This document shows, piece after piece, positions 27,665 through 37,254 of a stretch of 64,000 nucleotides of DNA (the first letter of the stretch is position 1; the number at the start of each line of letters is the position of its first letter). The translations under genes were made by a program, and so were the position numbers. Below the pieces are notes generated by a model. The model was given only the letters and a program-made list of their open reading frames with translations. It did no database searches and was not told where the DNA came from. This DNA comes from an uncultured Candidatus Saccharibacteria bacterium (GTDB taxonomy: Bacteria; Patescibacteriota; Andersenbacteria; UBA10190). The stretch is from NCBI GenBank assembly GCA_964610055.1, contig CAZSUC010000001.1, positions 6,021-70,020 on the forward strand. The letters are read 5' to 3'.

Positions 27665-29155
27665 CTACTGCACACCTGTTTTATAAATCCAAACAAAATC
27701 TACTCCGTTAAAAGAAATAACTTTCTCTGGTTTTTTATCCTGGAAATAGTTCAACACATCTGTCTCCCAGGCATCCGGTCCACGCTCCATCATTGCCCTG
27801 TAAACCACAACATAATCAACTTCTGCCTCATCGTACCTATTTGCCGACACGGTATCGCCGTCAAACTTTGCCTCAAATTCATGAGGATAATATGAAGCAG
27901 CTACCAAATTTGCAGCGTCTTGTTTCTGATTTAAATACGCCGCCGCTAAATCAAGTCCCTCCCCCCAACCAGCTCGCCTCTCCCCAAACCATTGTTTTGT
28001 CACCGGATTTACGTATGCCAACACATGTGGATGTAATTGCACAATCATACATTCTTGCCAAATCGCTGCTATCAGTAACAACCCAACCACAGTTCTCGGC
28101 CCAATTGATTTCTTATATTGCTTAATAATTTCCAACAACCATACTGCACCCGCTGCCGCTATCAGATCCATCAATAAAAACGCAGATAATATATATCGAT
28201 CCCCCTTCTTTACCGACCAAGACATTATTAAAACTAGAGCAATTGCCGATAACAGCCACAAAGCAATGTGCTGCAAATAATTTAAATATTTCTTCTTATA
28301 CACAGTGGTCACCAACATCGCCATTACTAAAATTAAACCAATCAACTGCACTGGCGTGGAAAAGAAAACTAGCGTTCTTAGGTAATAATACGGCCCCATA
28401 TTATGCATCAAATTAAAAGCATCTCCGCCAAAGAATTCACGCACTTTATCAACCACTCCCCCAAAATTCACCCCAATTGATGGCAAAATTAATACCGAAC
28501 TCACAACAAAAGCAACCAACCATAATGCAATTTGCTTTATAAAATCACGCCAATATTTGGCACTTTTTAGTTCCGATAAAGAATAATTATGAAATACCAA
28601 AAACAGGCCCGTTATCGGAACCAGTAAAATTCCAGGCATTTTTGATAAAACCGCAGCCGCAGCCGTTGCTCCCGCCAATAAAAGATATCTGTTCTCTCGT
28701 GTCTTATGCCAAAGCAAAAGCAGGCTTAACGACAACACAAAAAACAAAGCCAATAATGCTTCCATCTCATAGATACGCATATGCGCATACAGCAGCGGAT
28801 CAACAATTAGAAAAAACATACTCATTAATCCCCCCGCTCTCCCCCATAATCTGTACAAAACATACCAAATAAACAACAAAATAATTATTTGTCCCCAGAC
28901 CAATGGCACTTTTTTTATGCCCCAATCATCAAAACGAACCGCTAACATGCCCAGCCATTGCATTGTAATCGCCGGATGCGCTTCGCTTACCAAATGCCCC
29001 CAATCGCCCGTCGCTAATTTAGTCGTAAAATATTCCGTATGGCTAATCCATATTTTTTCATCTGCCGCCCGAAAAGCATCTAATTGCAAAACTCTCGGCA
29101 CAACCGCCAGGATCACTAAGCCGATTATTAGTCCATACCAAACAATTCTCTGCAT
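27665..29155 (-). CDS. Glycosyltransferase family 39 (PMT/ArnT-like) membrane protein
   Basis: 496 aa, multi-TM, N-terminus LIIGLVILAVVPRVLQLDAFRAADEKIW. Confidence 0.6.
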   Translation of the reverse strand: MQRIVWYGLIIGLVILAVVPRVLQLDAFRAADEKIWISHTEYFTTKLATGDWGHLVSEAHPAITMQWLGMLAVRFDDWGIKKVPLVWGQIIILLFIWYVLYRLWGRAGGLMSMFFLIVDPLLYAHMRIYEMEALLALFFVLSLSLLLLWHKTRENRYLLLAGATAAAAVLSKMPGILLVPITGLFLVFHNYSLSELKSAKYWRDFIKQIALWLVAFVVSSVLILPSIGVNFGGVVDKVREFFGGDAFNLMHNMGPYYYLRTLVFFSTPVQLIGLILVMAMLVTTVYKKKYLNYLQHIALWLLSAIALVLIMSWSVKKGDRYILSAFLLMDLIAAAGAVWLLEIIKQYKKSIGPRTVVGLLLIAAIWQECMIVQLHPHVLAYVNPVTKQWFGERRAGWGEGLDLAAAYLNQKQDAANLVAASYYPHEFEAKFDGDTVSANRYDEAEVDYVVVYRAMMERGPDAWETDVLNYFQDKKPEKVISFNGVDFVWIYKTGVQ

Positions 29156-29185
29156 ATAAACCTAAATTATATTACTATCTATAAC

Positions 29186-29587
29186 ATGCAGCGTACGGCA
29201 TTATGGGAATTTTTGGTATTAAGCCTATTATTGGCACTTTTTATCTGCTTGTTATTACCAGCCGCGCAATACTCTCGTCGAAAATATCGCGACGACATAC
29301 GCATCCAACAATTAGCCGAACTAAAAACATCACTTGAACAATATAATAATAAATACGAAATGTATCCGCTTAACTATCCTGATACATCTTTTCAATACAT
29401 TATTACCGAAGAAAACGGCATCAGTGCCATCAGCTGGTTTATCCGCACCCCTTTAGAAAACTCTTATTCCACCAAAATTGATTTTGATGAAGAAGCTGGC
29501 CGCAATTATCTTTATCGCATTATTAGATTAGAGAATAAAACCTTTTACGACATCGCCGGCGGTAACGAAACCTTCGATACCGAATAA
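29186..29587 (+). CDS. Pilin/pseudopilin-like protein (second one) without a canonical prepilin leader
   Basis: TM anchor, then SRRKYRDDIRIQQLAELKTSLEQYNNKYEMYP, which matches the pilin core pattern. Confidence 0.35.
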   Translation: MQRTALWEFLVLSLLLALFICLLLPAAQYSRRKYRDDIRIQQLAELKTSLEQYNNKYEMYPLNYPDTSFQYIITEENGISAISWFIRTPLENSYSTKIDFDEEAGRNYLYRIIRLENKTFYDIAGGNETFDTE

Positions 29588-29601
29588 ATAAAAACAACAA
29601 A
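29572..29601 (+). repeat. Left copy of a perfect 30-bp direct repeat (cttcgataccgaataaataaaaacaacaaa). It overlaps the stop codon of the pilin-like gene.
   Basis: Exact 30/30 match to 30295-30324. The flanking bases differ on both sides. Confidence 0.75.
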
Positions 29602-29646
29602 AAAGCCTCTCTGATTTGATGCAATGATGCAAAGAATCAAAGAGGC
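29589..29646 (-). terminator. Rho-independent terminator of the cassette ORF. The U-tract is formed by the left direct repeat.
   Basis: Minus strand: GCCTCTTTGATT...AATCAGAGAGGC (12-bp stem, one G-U) followed by TTTTTTGTTGTTTTTATTTATT. Confidence 0.6.
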
Positions 29647-30294
29647 AAAGGGTCGAAGGGCAAAAGCACAAACCTCTAAGCGACAGCAGTCGCAGAGAAG
29701 ACACGGCTCCCAGCATTCTGCGCACCTTCGCGAAGCCGCATAATCAAAACCCATTTGCAAAGATCAGGGTTCAGTGTGACACAGATGACGCAGAGAGGAA
29801 CGACCCGGCCACCAGTGATATTAACATAGAATATGTTAACACGACCGTCGTTGAGTAAATCACCTTCCGTGTCGCCTGACCGACGTTTCATCATGTCATA
29901 CAGAAAAGCATAAAAGTCGGCCCCAGCTTGAAACACGTGCCCCACGGGCAACCCAGCACGAATCTCTGCATCACACGAATCCCGCGATAGAGTGTAAGTC
30001 CCGTGCACGTTACCATCTCCTTTAAATTTGCGAGCAGTGTATGAGAAAACAACAAGTTTACGATACCAACACGTACCTTAGGGAACTTCTCGCACAGTAC
30101 TGTGATTACAATGTTATGTCAACCTGTCGCACTAGAAAGAAACGAGACGCAAAGTCGAGTTGATGAGAATGAGTGCTTTCGTTTTTAAAGGACTCACCTG
30201 ACCACACGCTTGCGTAAGCCATGACCGACGCAACTCTGGTGACCAATCGGTTCAAAGCTCCTTGCCCAAGCCGTAACCGAGGCAATATCGAAAG
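29602..30294. mobile_element. ~0.69-kb GC-rich insertion/cassette bracketed by 30-bp direct repeats. No recombinase gene.
   Basis: The base composition jumps to >50% GC (for example gggttcagtgtgacacagatgacgcagagaggaacgacccggccaccagtg) against AT-rich flanks. It carries one ORF with its own promoter, SD and terminator. Confidence 0.5.
29676..30008 (-). CDS. Hypothetical 110-aa protein encoded inside the insertion
   Basis: GTG start with an AAAGGAG SD 8 nt upstream and TTGACA-17-TACTGT about 80 nt upstream. A terminator lies downstream. No family recognised. Confidence 0.4.
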   Translation of the reverse strand: MHGTYTLSRDSCDAEIRAGLPVGHVFQAGADFYAFLYDMMKRRSGDTEGDLLNDGRVNIFYVNITGGRVVPLCVICVTLNPDLCKWVLIMRLREGAQNAGSRVFSATAVA

Positions 30295-30324
30295 CTTCGA
30301 TACCGAATAAATAAAAACAACAAA
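30295..30324 (+). repeat. Right copy of the 30-bp direct repeat
   Basis: Exact match to the left copy. Confidence 0.75.
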
Positions 30325-30421
30325 CAACATATCACTCCAAAATTACTTTATTGTCAAATTAATTAACACATGATATGTTCAAAACCATGATATACGCCCT
30401 TAACAGTCTTAATTAGCCTCT

Positions 30422-31504
30422 ATGTCACTCCAGATTGGCATCGTCGGCCTTCCTAACGTTGGCAAATCAACCCTCTTTAATGCTCTTACTAAGCAAGCAG
30501 CCGCTAGCGCTAATTTTCCGTTCACTACTATTGAACCTAACGTCGGTATTGTTCCCGTCCCTGATGAACGTCTTCAAGCTCTTTCCGATCTTTCTCAATC
30601 CGCCAAAATCACTCCAACCACCATTGAATTTGTCGACATTGCCGGCTTAGTTAAAAACGCTCATGCCGGCGAAGGATTGGGTAATAAATTTCTCTCCCAT
30701 ATTCGCGAAGTTGACGCCATCGTCCATGTCATCCGCTTTTTTGACGATCCCAATGTCACTCATGTCGATAATAAAATCGATCCTATCGCCGACGCTGCCA
30801 CCATTGAAACCGAACTAGCTTTAGCCGACCTGGAAACTATTGACCGGCTTATTAAAAAAGCCGAGGAAGATGTTAAACGACAAGACAAAACCGCCCCGCT
30901 CCGTCTCCAAGCTCTCACTCGCTTTCATGCGGCGCTCAGCCAGGGTCAGCAAGCTCGCACCGTTACCCTAACTGAAACGGAAGCCGAGACTGTCGGCTCT
31001 CTCCCTTTATTAACGCTCAAACCCACCCTTTACGTCGCTAATGTCAACGAATCGCAAATATCTCAAACCGACCAGCTCATTGCCGATTTTTCCCAGCAAT
31101 ACGCTCCTGTCCTTCCTCTTTCTGTTAAAATTGAACAAGAGCTAATCGGACTGCCCGACACCGAAAGAGATACTTTCCTCCAAGAATATGGACTACATGA
31201 AACCGGTCTCAACCGCCTTATTAAAGCCGGTTACGAGCTTTTAGGCCTGATTACTTTCCTAACCACTGGAGAGACTGAGAGTCGTGCTTGGACTATTACC
31301 AAAGGCAGCACTGCTCCCCAAGCCGCCGGTAAAATCCACACTGATATGGAACGCGGATTCATTCGAGCCGAAACTGTAGCCTACACCGACCTTGTGACAG
31401 CCGGCTCCTATGCCGCTGCTCGCGCCGCCGGTAAAATCCGCGATGAAGGCAAAAATTACCTCGTCCAAGACGGGGACGTCATGATCTTCAAATTCTCCGT
31501 TTAA
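30422..31504 (+). CDS. ychF: Ribosome-binding ATPase YchF (Obg-family GTPase with TGS domain)
   Basis: GIVGLPNVGKSTLFNALT G1 motif and C-terminal TGS (HTDMERGFIRAE). Confidence 0.9.
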   Translation: MSLQIGIVGLPNVGKSTLFNALTKQAAASANFPFTTIEPNVGIVPVPDERLQALSDLSQSAKITPTTIEFVDIAGLVKNAHAGEGLGNKFLSHIREVDAIVHVIRFFDDPNVTHVDNKIDPIADAATIETELALADLETIDRLIKKAEEDVKRQDKTAPLRLQALTRFHAALSQGQQARTVTLTETEAETVGSLPLLTLKPTLYVANVNESQISQTDQLIADFSQQYAPVLPLSVKIEQELIGLPDTERDTFLQEYGLHETGLNRLIKAGYELLGLITFLTTGETESRAWTITKGSTAPQAAGKIHTDMERGFIRAETVAYTDLVTAGSYAAARAAGKIRDEGKNYLVQDGDVMIFKFSV

Positions 31505-31545
31505 TATTTGCATAATCGAACATAATCCAGTACAATTCCGGCACC

Positions 31546-31983
31546 ATGAATGAATACGAAATCACCTATATTTCCAGCCCTAGCCTCTCCGAAGACGATC
31601 GCGGAGCCGTCGATTTAGCCATCGATACTACAATTGATCATCTTGAGGGTCGAATCAGCTACAACTCAACCCCGACTCGTCGTCGTCTCGCTTATCCGGT
31701 CAAGAAGCAAGCTATTGGCTTTTTACGCACCGTCCAAGCCTCTTTAGAGCCCAATCAAATTGAAAATTTACGCAATGAACTCAAGAAGAATAAGGGCGTT
31801 ATTCGCTTTAGTATTTTACAAACCTCTCGCCGCGAAGAAGTCTCGCCTGCCATTCTTGACCGCACCGCTAAAGAACAAACCGCTCCTAAAAAAGTTTCCA
31901 AGAACCAAGAATCAGCCAAAGAAGTCACCATGAGCGAAGTTGAAAGCCAAATTGAAAAAGCCTTAGAAGAAGAGGTAAAGTAA
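31546..31983 (+). CDS. rpsF: 30S ribosomal protein S6 with an acidic C-terminal extension
   Basis: YEITYISSP...RRRLAYP S6 pattern, in the rpsF-ssb-rpsR order. Confidence 0.7.
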   Translation: MNEYEITYISSPSLSEDDRGAVDLAIDTTIDHLEGRISYNSTPTRRRLAYPVKKQAIGFLRTVQASLEPNQIENLRNELKKNKGVIRFSILQTSRREEVSPAILDRTAKEQTAPKKVSKNQESAKEVTMSEVESQIEKALEEEVK

Positions 31984-31987
31984 ACTT

Positions 31988-32461
31988 ATGGATCTAAATA
32001 AAGTTATGTTAATTGGCCGCTTGACTCGAGACCCAGAGTCAAGAACCACTCCTCAAGGAGTTACTGTTGTTAATTTTGGTCTCGCCACTAATCGCGTTTG
32101 GAAAGATGATCAAGGTAATCAACGCGACATGACTGAATATCACAACATTGTTGCCTGGCGTAAACTAGGTGAAATTTGTGCTCAGTATTTATCCAAAGGC
32201 CGTCAAATTTATATCGAAGGCCATTTGCAAACTCGTTCTTGGGATGGACAGGACGGTAAGAAAAATTATCGCACTGAAGTAGTTGCTGACAACATGATTA
32301 TGCTTGGTAGCCGCTCTGATAATAGTGCCCCTACCTATTCTGCTCCTGCCCCTCAAGCAGCTCCATCTTCTCCTTCTGAAACACCTTTGCCTCCTCAAGA
32401 ATCAGCTCCTTCCGCTCCCGCCAGTGACGAAGAAATTAGAATTGAAGATATTCCTTTTTAA
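31988..32461 (+). CDS. ssb: Single-stranded DNA-binding protein
   Basis: OB fold (MLIGRLTRDPE...NIVAWRKLGE) and a C-terminal EDIPF tail. Confidence 0.9.
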   Translation: MDLNKVMLIGRLTRDPESRTTPQGVTVVNFGLATNRVWKDDQGNQRDMTEYHNIVAWRKLGEICAQYLSKGRQIYIEGHLQTRSWDGQDGKKNYRTEVVADNMIMLGSRSDNSAPTYSAPAPQAAPSSPSETPLPPQESAPSAPASDEEIRIEDIPF

Positions 32462-32471
32462 CTACTTAATC

Positions 32472-32693
32472 ATGCCTATCAAGAAACAATCTAACACCGT
32501 TTGCCTGTTTTGCGCCGAAGGCGTTAAGCAAGTCACCTTACGAGACACCGAAGTTCTGCGCCGCTTCACCAGCAGCCAAAACAAAATCTTGCCTCGCAAA
32601 AAAACTGGTTCTTGTGCCAAGCACCAACGTCAAATTGCTCGCGAAATCAAACGTGCCCGTGAAATGGGGCTCTTGGCTTATCGCGGCCAATAG
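32472..32693 (+). CDS. rpsR: 30S ribosomal protein S18
   Basis: MPIKKQSNTVCLFCAEGVKQVTLRDTEVLRRFTSSQNKILPRKKTGSCAKHQRQIAREIKRAREMGLL. The start is at the internal Met of track ORF 32304..32693. Confidence 0.85.
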   Translation: MPIKKQSNTVCLFCAEGVKQVTLRDTEVLRRFTSSQNKILPRKKTGSCAKHQRQIAREIKRAREMGLLAYRGQ

Positions 32694-33026
32694 TTGACCG
32701 ATAAACGGAAAAATTTTATCCCCCGTAACGAAGGCTTCCTCTGTGAAGCCTGCGGCTTTTTAGTTCCTCCCGCCACCGGAACATTTCGGAATCACTGCCC
32801 TCAATGCCTCGCCTCAAAACACGTTGACGACTTAATTCCTGGCGATCGCGCCTCTCACTGCCACGGCCTAATGCCAGCCATTAGCTATGAAGGCACCGAC
32901 ACCGCCAAGCTTGATTTAATTCATCGCTGCTGCATTTGCGGCAAGACCATACGCAACCGTATCGCCCTCGATGACAACCTCGCTCAAATTATGCAGCTTT
33001 CCCCATCCCCACCAAGCATACGTTAA
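32694..33026 (+). CDS. RNHCP-domain zinc-ribbon protein
   Basis: FLCEACG...RNHCPQCLASKHVD...CCICG motifs. Apparent TTG start. Confidence 0.55.
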   Translation: MTDKRKNFIPRNEGFLCEACGFLVPPATGTFRNHCPQCLASKHVDDLIPGDRASHCHGLMPAISYEGTDTAKLDLIHRCCICGKTIRNRIALDDNLAQIMQLSPSPPSIR

Positions 33027-33132
33027 CAACACCACTCCGATTACCAACAAGATCACGCCGGCTACTTTTGGCCACCACTTACTCTTTGGAGCAGCTACAG
33101 TATTTCGTTCTGACTGATCAAACATATTTATA

Positions 33133-34161
33133 TTAATCAGCTTTCTCTTCTTCTTCAGCCGCTTTCCAAATTTCTTTATCAATCTCAGCTGCCAACTTTT
33201 TATCTTCTCGCAAAGCTGCTTTTGCCGCTTCCCGGCCTTGTCCTAATTTTTTATCTTTATATGCCAGCCAACTCCCCGACTTCTCAACAATCTTATATTT
33301 TATTCCTTGATCAACCAAATCACCTTCGTAGCTAATTCCCTCGTTATACATAATATCAAACTCAGCCACCTTGAATGGCGGCGCTACTTTATTTTTCACA
33401 ACTTTCGCATACACTCGGTTTCCAATAATTTTTTCCCCTATCTTGATATTCGCCCGTCGTCGCACCTCAATCCGTACTGAAGCATAAAACTTCAATGCTT
33501 TTCCACCCGTCGTCGTTTCCGGATTACCAAACATTACCCCAATTTGCATCCGAATCTGGTTAATAAAAATAACTGTCGTATTAGTTTTAGCTGTAATTCC
33601 GGTTAATTTACGTAACGCTTGCGACATTAATCGCGCTTGTAACCCCATGTGAGAATCCCCCATGTCACCCTCAATTTCCGCTCGTGGCGTCAATGCCGCC
33701 ACTGAATCAACCACAATCAGACTAACTGCCCCGGATTGTACCAACGTCTCGACAATCTCTAACGCCTGCTCTCCGTTATCGGGCTGACTAATTAATAATT
33801 TATCAATGTCCACCCCAACTCGACGAGCATACTGCGGATCCAACGCATGTTCAGCGTCAACATATGCTACTGTACCACCTTTTTTCTGCGCATTTGCCGA
33901 AATATGCAGCGCTAACGTAGATTTACCACTTGATTCCGGTCCGTAAACTTCAATAATTCTACCGCGCGGCACCCCTTTAATTCCTAATGCCAAATCTAAT
34001 GATACCGAGCCAGTTGCAATGGAATCAATATCCACCTTTCGTGCTTGTCCTAACATCATAATAGCACCCTCTCCAAATCTCTCCTTAATCGAATCCACCG
34101 CCGCCATTACTGCTTCTTGACTCATATCATTTTTTTCTGTTTTCACGTTTTGTTTAGCCAT
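33133..34161 (-). CDS. recA: Recombinase RecA
   Basis: [12 protein letters not shown] Walker A, and high identity to the RecA core throughout. Confidence 0.95.
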   Translation of the reverse strand: MAKQNVKTEKNDMSQEAVMAAVDSIKERFGEGAIMMLGQARKVDIDSIATGSVSLDLALGIKGVPRGRIIEVYGPESSGKSTLALHISANAQKKGGTVAYVDAEHALDPQYARRVGVDIDKLLISQPDNGEQALEIVETLVQSGAVSLIVVDSVAALTPRAEIEGDMGDSHMGLQARLMSQALRKLTGITAKTNTTVIFINQIRMQIGVMFGNPETTTGGKALKFYASVRIEVRRRANIKIGEKIIGNRVYAKVVKNKVAPPFKVAEFDIMYNEGISYEGDLVDQGIKYKIVEKSGSWLAYKDKKLGQGREAAKAALREDKKLAAEIDKEIWKAAEEEEKAD

Positions 34162-34228
34162 AGAGAAAAATATGTGTTAAATAACCCATCGCTTTACCAT
34201 ACCTCGCTTAGAAACGTACATCAATGCT

Positions 34229-34891
34229 TTATCGCGGCACCAATACATCTTTTTGAATAACTTTTGACCGCCCGGCCGCATTAGTCGCTTGCACTCTTAC
34301 AACATTTACTCCTTCGTGCACATATAGATTCGTTTCAAACGTTCCTGCTTGCGTTAATAAGACTTGTTCTCCGTTAACTGTAATCTCTGCGTCTTCAGCC
34401 GCCGTGCCAGCAACCCTAACCACGTCATCGCTTAACACCACGCTTTCTGGCGAATTAACCGCTAAAGCCGGCAATCGCACAAACGATGCTACCTGCCACG
34501 CCACATACCCACCAACTACAAAAGCTAACGCTCCTAACCCAAGCGCTAAAAACAACCGCGGCGTTGCCACTGCTTCCAACCACGGTCTTGGAGTATGTAC
34601 CCGTAACGGCACTAATTCTCTTGCCCCTGACAGAGTACGTTGAAACGCTCGATTATATGATTCCGCTGCCACTCCTAAAAAAGTCGCGTACTTTCGAAAC
34701 GCTCCTCGCGCATAAATTTCCGCCGGAAAAACACTTAAATTACCTTCCTCTAACGCTCGTAAATGCTTAGCCGGAATATGCAACTGAGTTGCTGCGTCCT
34801 CTAACAGCAAACCTTGCCGACATCGAGCTTCTTCTAAAACACGCCCGACTGTTCTATCCGGACGCGTCCGGCACGGTCGAGCTCCTACCAT
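34229..34891 (-). CDS. RodZ-like protein (XRE-type HTH, TM, C-terminal DUF4115-like domain)
   Basis: HTH (LLLEDAATQLHIPAKHLRALEEG), one TM segment, and a C-terminal beta-rich domain. Confidence 0.55.
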   Translation of the reverse strand: MVGARPCRTRPDRTVGRVLEEARCRQGLLLEDAATQLHIPAKHLRALEEGNLSVFPAEIYARGAFRKYATFLGVAAESYNRAFQRTLSGARELVPLRVHTPRPWLEAVATPRLFLALGLGALAFVVGGYVAWQVASFVRLPALAVNSPESVVLSDDVVRVAGTAAEDAEITVNGEQVLLTQAGTFETNLYVHEGVNVVRVQATNAAGRSKVIQKDVLVPR

Positions 34892-37140
34892 GGTTGCCCT
34901 GTCTCCTGTTTGCCAGGCTCCGTTTCATCTGGCGACAATTGCTCTTGCCGATCAAAACCTGCTTCTAAATTACCAATAACTTCTCGGGGCTTATTGCCTT
35001 TAGCCGGCCCAATGATTCCTTCTTCTTCCAACATATCTAAAATCCGCGCTGCTCGTGCATACCCCACTCGTAATCTGCGCTGCAACAAACTCGCGCTTAC
35101 TTTACCCGCATCGTAAGCCACTCGCTTGGCCTCTTCAAACAAGGGATCATCGGCTGACTCTCCTGTACCACTCGATTCCCCTCCTACCTCATGCACTGCG
35201 GTAATTGATTCAGCTGCAACATATTGATCAGCCTCATTATTCTCCTCCACAAACTGTACTACTGCCCTAACTTCTTCTTCGGAAATATATCCTCCTTGTA
35301 AGCGTCGCGGCTTAGTGTTATCTGTTGCTAAAAATAACATATCACCAGTCCCTAATAATTTTTCTGCCCCACCCATATCTAAAATAGTACGAGAATCCAC
35401 TTGCGACGCCACCTTAAATGCAATTCGAGCCGGTACGTTCGCTTTAATTAACCCAGTAATAACATTCACTGACGGTCGCTGCGTCGCTAAAATCAAATGA
35501 ATCCCAACCGCTCGCGCTAACTGCGCCAATCTTACAATTGGCCCCTCAACTTCTCTTCCATGTTTTGCCATCAAATCAGCTAACTCATCAATCACAATTA
35601 CAATAAATGGCTGTGCATTATCCGGATGATTGAAATTATACGAGACCAAATTTCGCGACCCAGTCTCCTCTAACATCCGATATCGTTTATCCATCTCACT
35701 AATTGCCCATTTCAAAGCATTTAGAGTCTTTCCGGGATCAGTAATGACATTTTGCCCCCACAAATGCGGTATCCCATTATACGCCGTTAACTCGACTCGT
35801 TTCGGATCAACTAGTACTAATCGCAACAAGGATGGCGAATTACGAAAAATTAATGACATTAAGATCGTATGAATACACACCGATTTTCCTGAATTAGTTG
35901 CCCCCGCAATCAACAAGTGAGGCATCCGATCCAGTTCCGCAGTTACTGCCGAACCAGTTACATCTTTACCAAGCGCCAACATCAGTGGAGACTCGGAACG
36001 CTTAACTTCTTTAGATGACAATAAGCTGTGCAATCTAACCAAAGCTACTTCCTTATTCGGTATCTCAATCCCTACTAAATCAGTATTTGGTATCGGCGCT
36101 TCAATACGTACTGGATGTGCCCGTAAAGCTCGTGCTAAATCATTTTGCAACGCCGTAATTTGTGACAGCCGTACTCCCTCATCCGGACGCAACGTATATT
36201 GAGTTACTGTTGGCCCCACTTTCGCCTTTCCCATTGTCACCGTAATACCAAAATTTTCCAGAGTTTTCGCAATAATCTCTTTATTACCTTCCACATCCCC
36301 ACCTTCTGGTTGTCGACTCGTTGATAATAATAAGTCCAAAGAAGGCGGATGATATTCTCTATTCGCCTGCTTTAATTGTTTACGCCGCATTTCTTCTTGT
36401 TGTTTTTCTTGTTGCGCCTGCTGCTCTAATTTTGCCTGATCAGGATCTGGGGTTACTGGTTTCGCAATCGGCGTTAAATGGAATCTTGGCAAAACTCCTC
36501 CTGCCGGCCTTGACTCCGTCTCCTCGCGATCTCCGTCTTCCTCGCTTTCGTCTTCACTATCTGCCGAAGCTGAACCAGGAACTAATCCTTTAATCCATCT
36601 CCCTACATCAGACGGAGAAACATCAAAGCCAATGCATACACCAATCAAACTCGCGGCTATAAATATCAGTCCGGACATTAACGGCGAAAGCGCTAAACTT
36701 AACGGATAGCTCAACAAAAAGCCCAGAAAACCTCCGCCACCGCCCTCGTAAGCCACCTGCAACGACTCATCTACCGGTCCCCCAATTAAATGTAACCCAC
36801 CCAACAGTCCTACAAATACTAAAATAAAACCGGCTAAACGAGTGCGAGTTAACGCTTCTTGAGCTGGCCTCACTAATCGATAGCCTATCCACATCACCAC
36901 CACCGGCATCACATAAGCTAACCATCCAAATATTTTTTGCCAAACCAATAACAATCCGTCCCCTAACTTACCTGACTGTCCAAAAAAGCTAAATACCGTA
37001 ATTATTGCCAGCGTAATCAGTAAAACACCGGTAACAGCCCGTTTTGTCTCTGGTTTCAGCCAACTCACTGGCGAAGGAGCCGCCTGCGGCCGCCGGTTAT
37101 GACGTCGTTGTTTCTTTCCCCCAAAAGGATTTAATTTCAT
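34885..37140 (-). CDS. ftsK: DNA translocase FtsK/SpoIIIE
   Basis: N-terminal TM segments, an acidic linker, the motor domain (AGATNSGKSVCIHTIL, DELADL) and a C-terminal gamma wHTH. Confidence 0.9.
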   Translation of the reverse strand: MKLNPFGGKKQRRHNRRPQAAPSPVSWLKPETKRAVTGVLLITLAIITVFSFFGQSGKLGDGLLLVWQKIFGWLAYVMPVVVMWIGYRLVRPAQEALTRTRLAGFILVFVGLLGGLHLIGGPVDESLQVAYEGGGGGFLGFLLSYPLSLALSPLMSGLIFIAASLIGVCIGFDVSPSDVGRWIKGLVPGSASADSEDESEEDGDREETESRPAGGVLPRFHLTPIAKPVTPDPDQAKLEQQAQQEKQQEEMRRKQLKQANREYHPPSLDLLLSTSRQPEGGDVEGNKEIIAKTLENFGITVTMGKAKVGPTVTQYTLRPDEGVRLSQITALQNDLARALRAHPVRIEAPIPNTDLVGIEIPNKEVALVRLHSLLSSKEVKRSESPLMLALGKDVTGSAVTAELDRMPHLLIAGATNSGKSVCIHTILMSLIFRNSPSLLRLVLVDPKRVELTAYNGIPHLWGQNVITDPGKTLNALKWAISEMDKRYRMLEETGSRNLVSYNFNHPDNAQPFIVIVIDELADLMAKHGREVEGPIVRLAQLARAVGIHLILATQRPSVNVITGLIKANVPARIAFKVASQVDSRTILDMGGAEKLLGTGDMLFLATDNTKPRRLQGGYISEEEVRAVVQFVEENNEADQYVAAESITAVHEVGGESSGTGESADDPLFEEAKRVAYDAGKVSASLLQRRLRVGYARAARILDMLEEEGIIGPAKGNKPREVIGNLEAGFDRQEQLSPDETEPGKQETGQPW

Positions 37141-37195
37141 GCTGCTTGCCCAAAATCAATGAGTGTTATGCCATTATAGCCTGTTTTTCTCCTAA

Positions 37196-37230
37196 AAGTT
37201 AAGCGGCTATTTAACTTAGCCGCTTAACTT
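37196..37230. other. Perfect 14-bp-stem hairpin between rpoC (stop) and ftsK (start); no U-tract
   Basis: AAGTTAAGCGGCTA-tttaact-TAGCCGCTTAACTT. A TATAAT box follows on the minus strand about 36 nt before the ftsK ATG. Confidence 0.5.
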
Positions 37231-37254
37231 CGTATCACTGACTTTTACTGAGTT

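Noticed and set aside
29602-30294. tmRNA or tRNA integration target inside the cassette (the ggttcaaagctcc segment)
   Set aside because: There is no flanking T-stem complementarity or acceptor stem. The repeats are AT-rich and not tRNA-like.
29545-30330. Track ORFs 29528..29725, 29545..29760 and 30106..30330 (minus)
   Set aside because: Two of them share 'VVFIYSVSK' only because each starts inside a copy of the 30-bp direct repeat. They overlap better-supported features and have no SD.
32304-32471. Upstream extensions of rpsR (32304), rpsT (54674), ruvA (47880) and the exonuclease (19824)
   Set aside because: The extensions overlap the preceding gene or lack homology. Internal Met starts match family N-termini.
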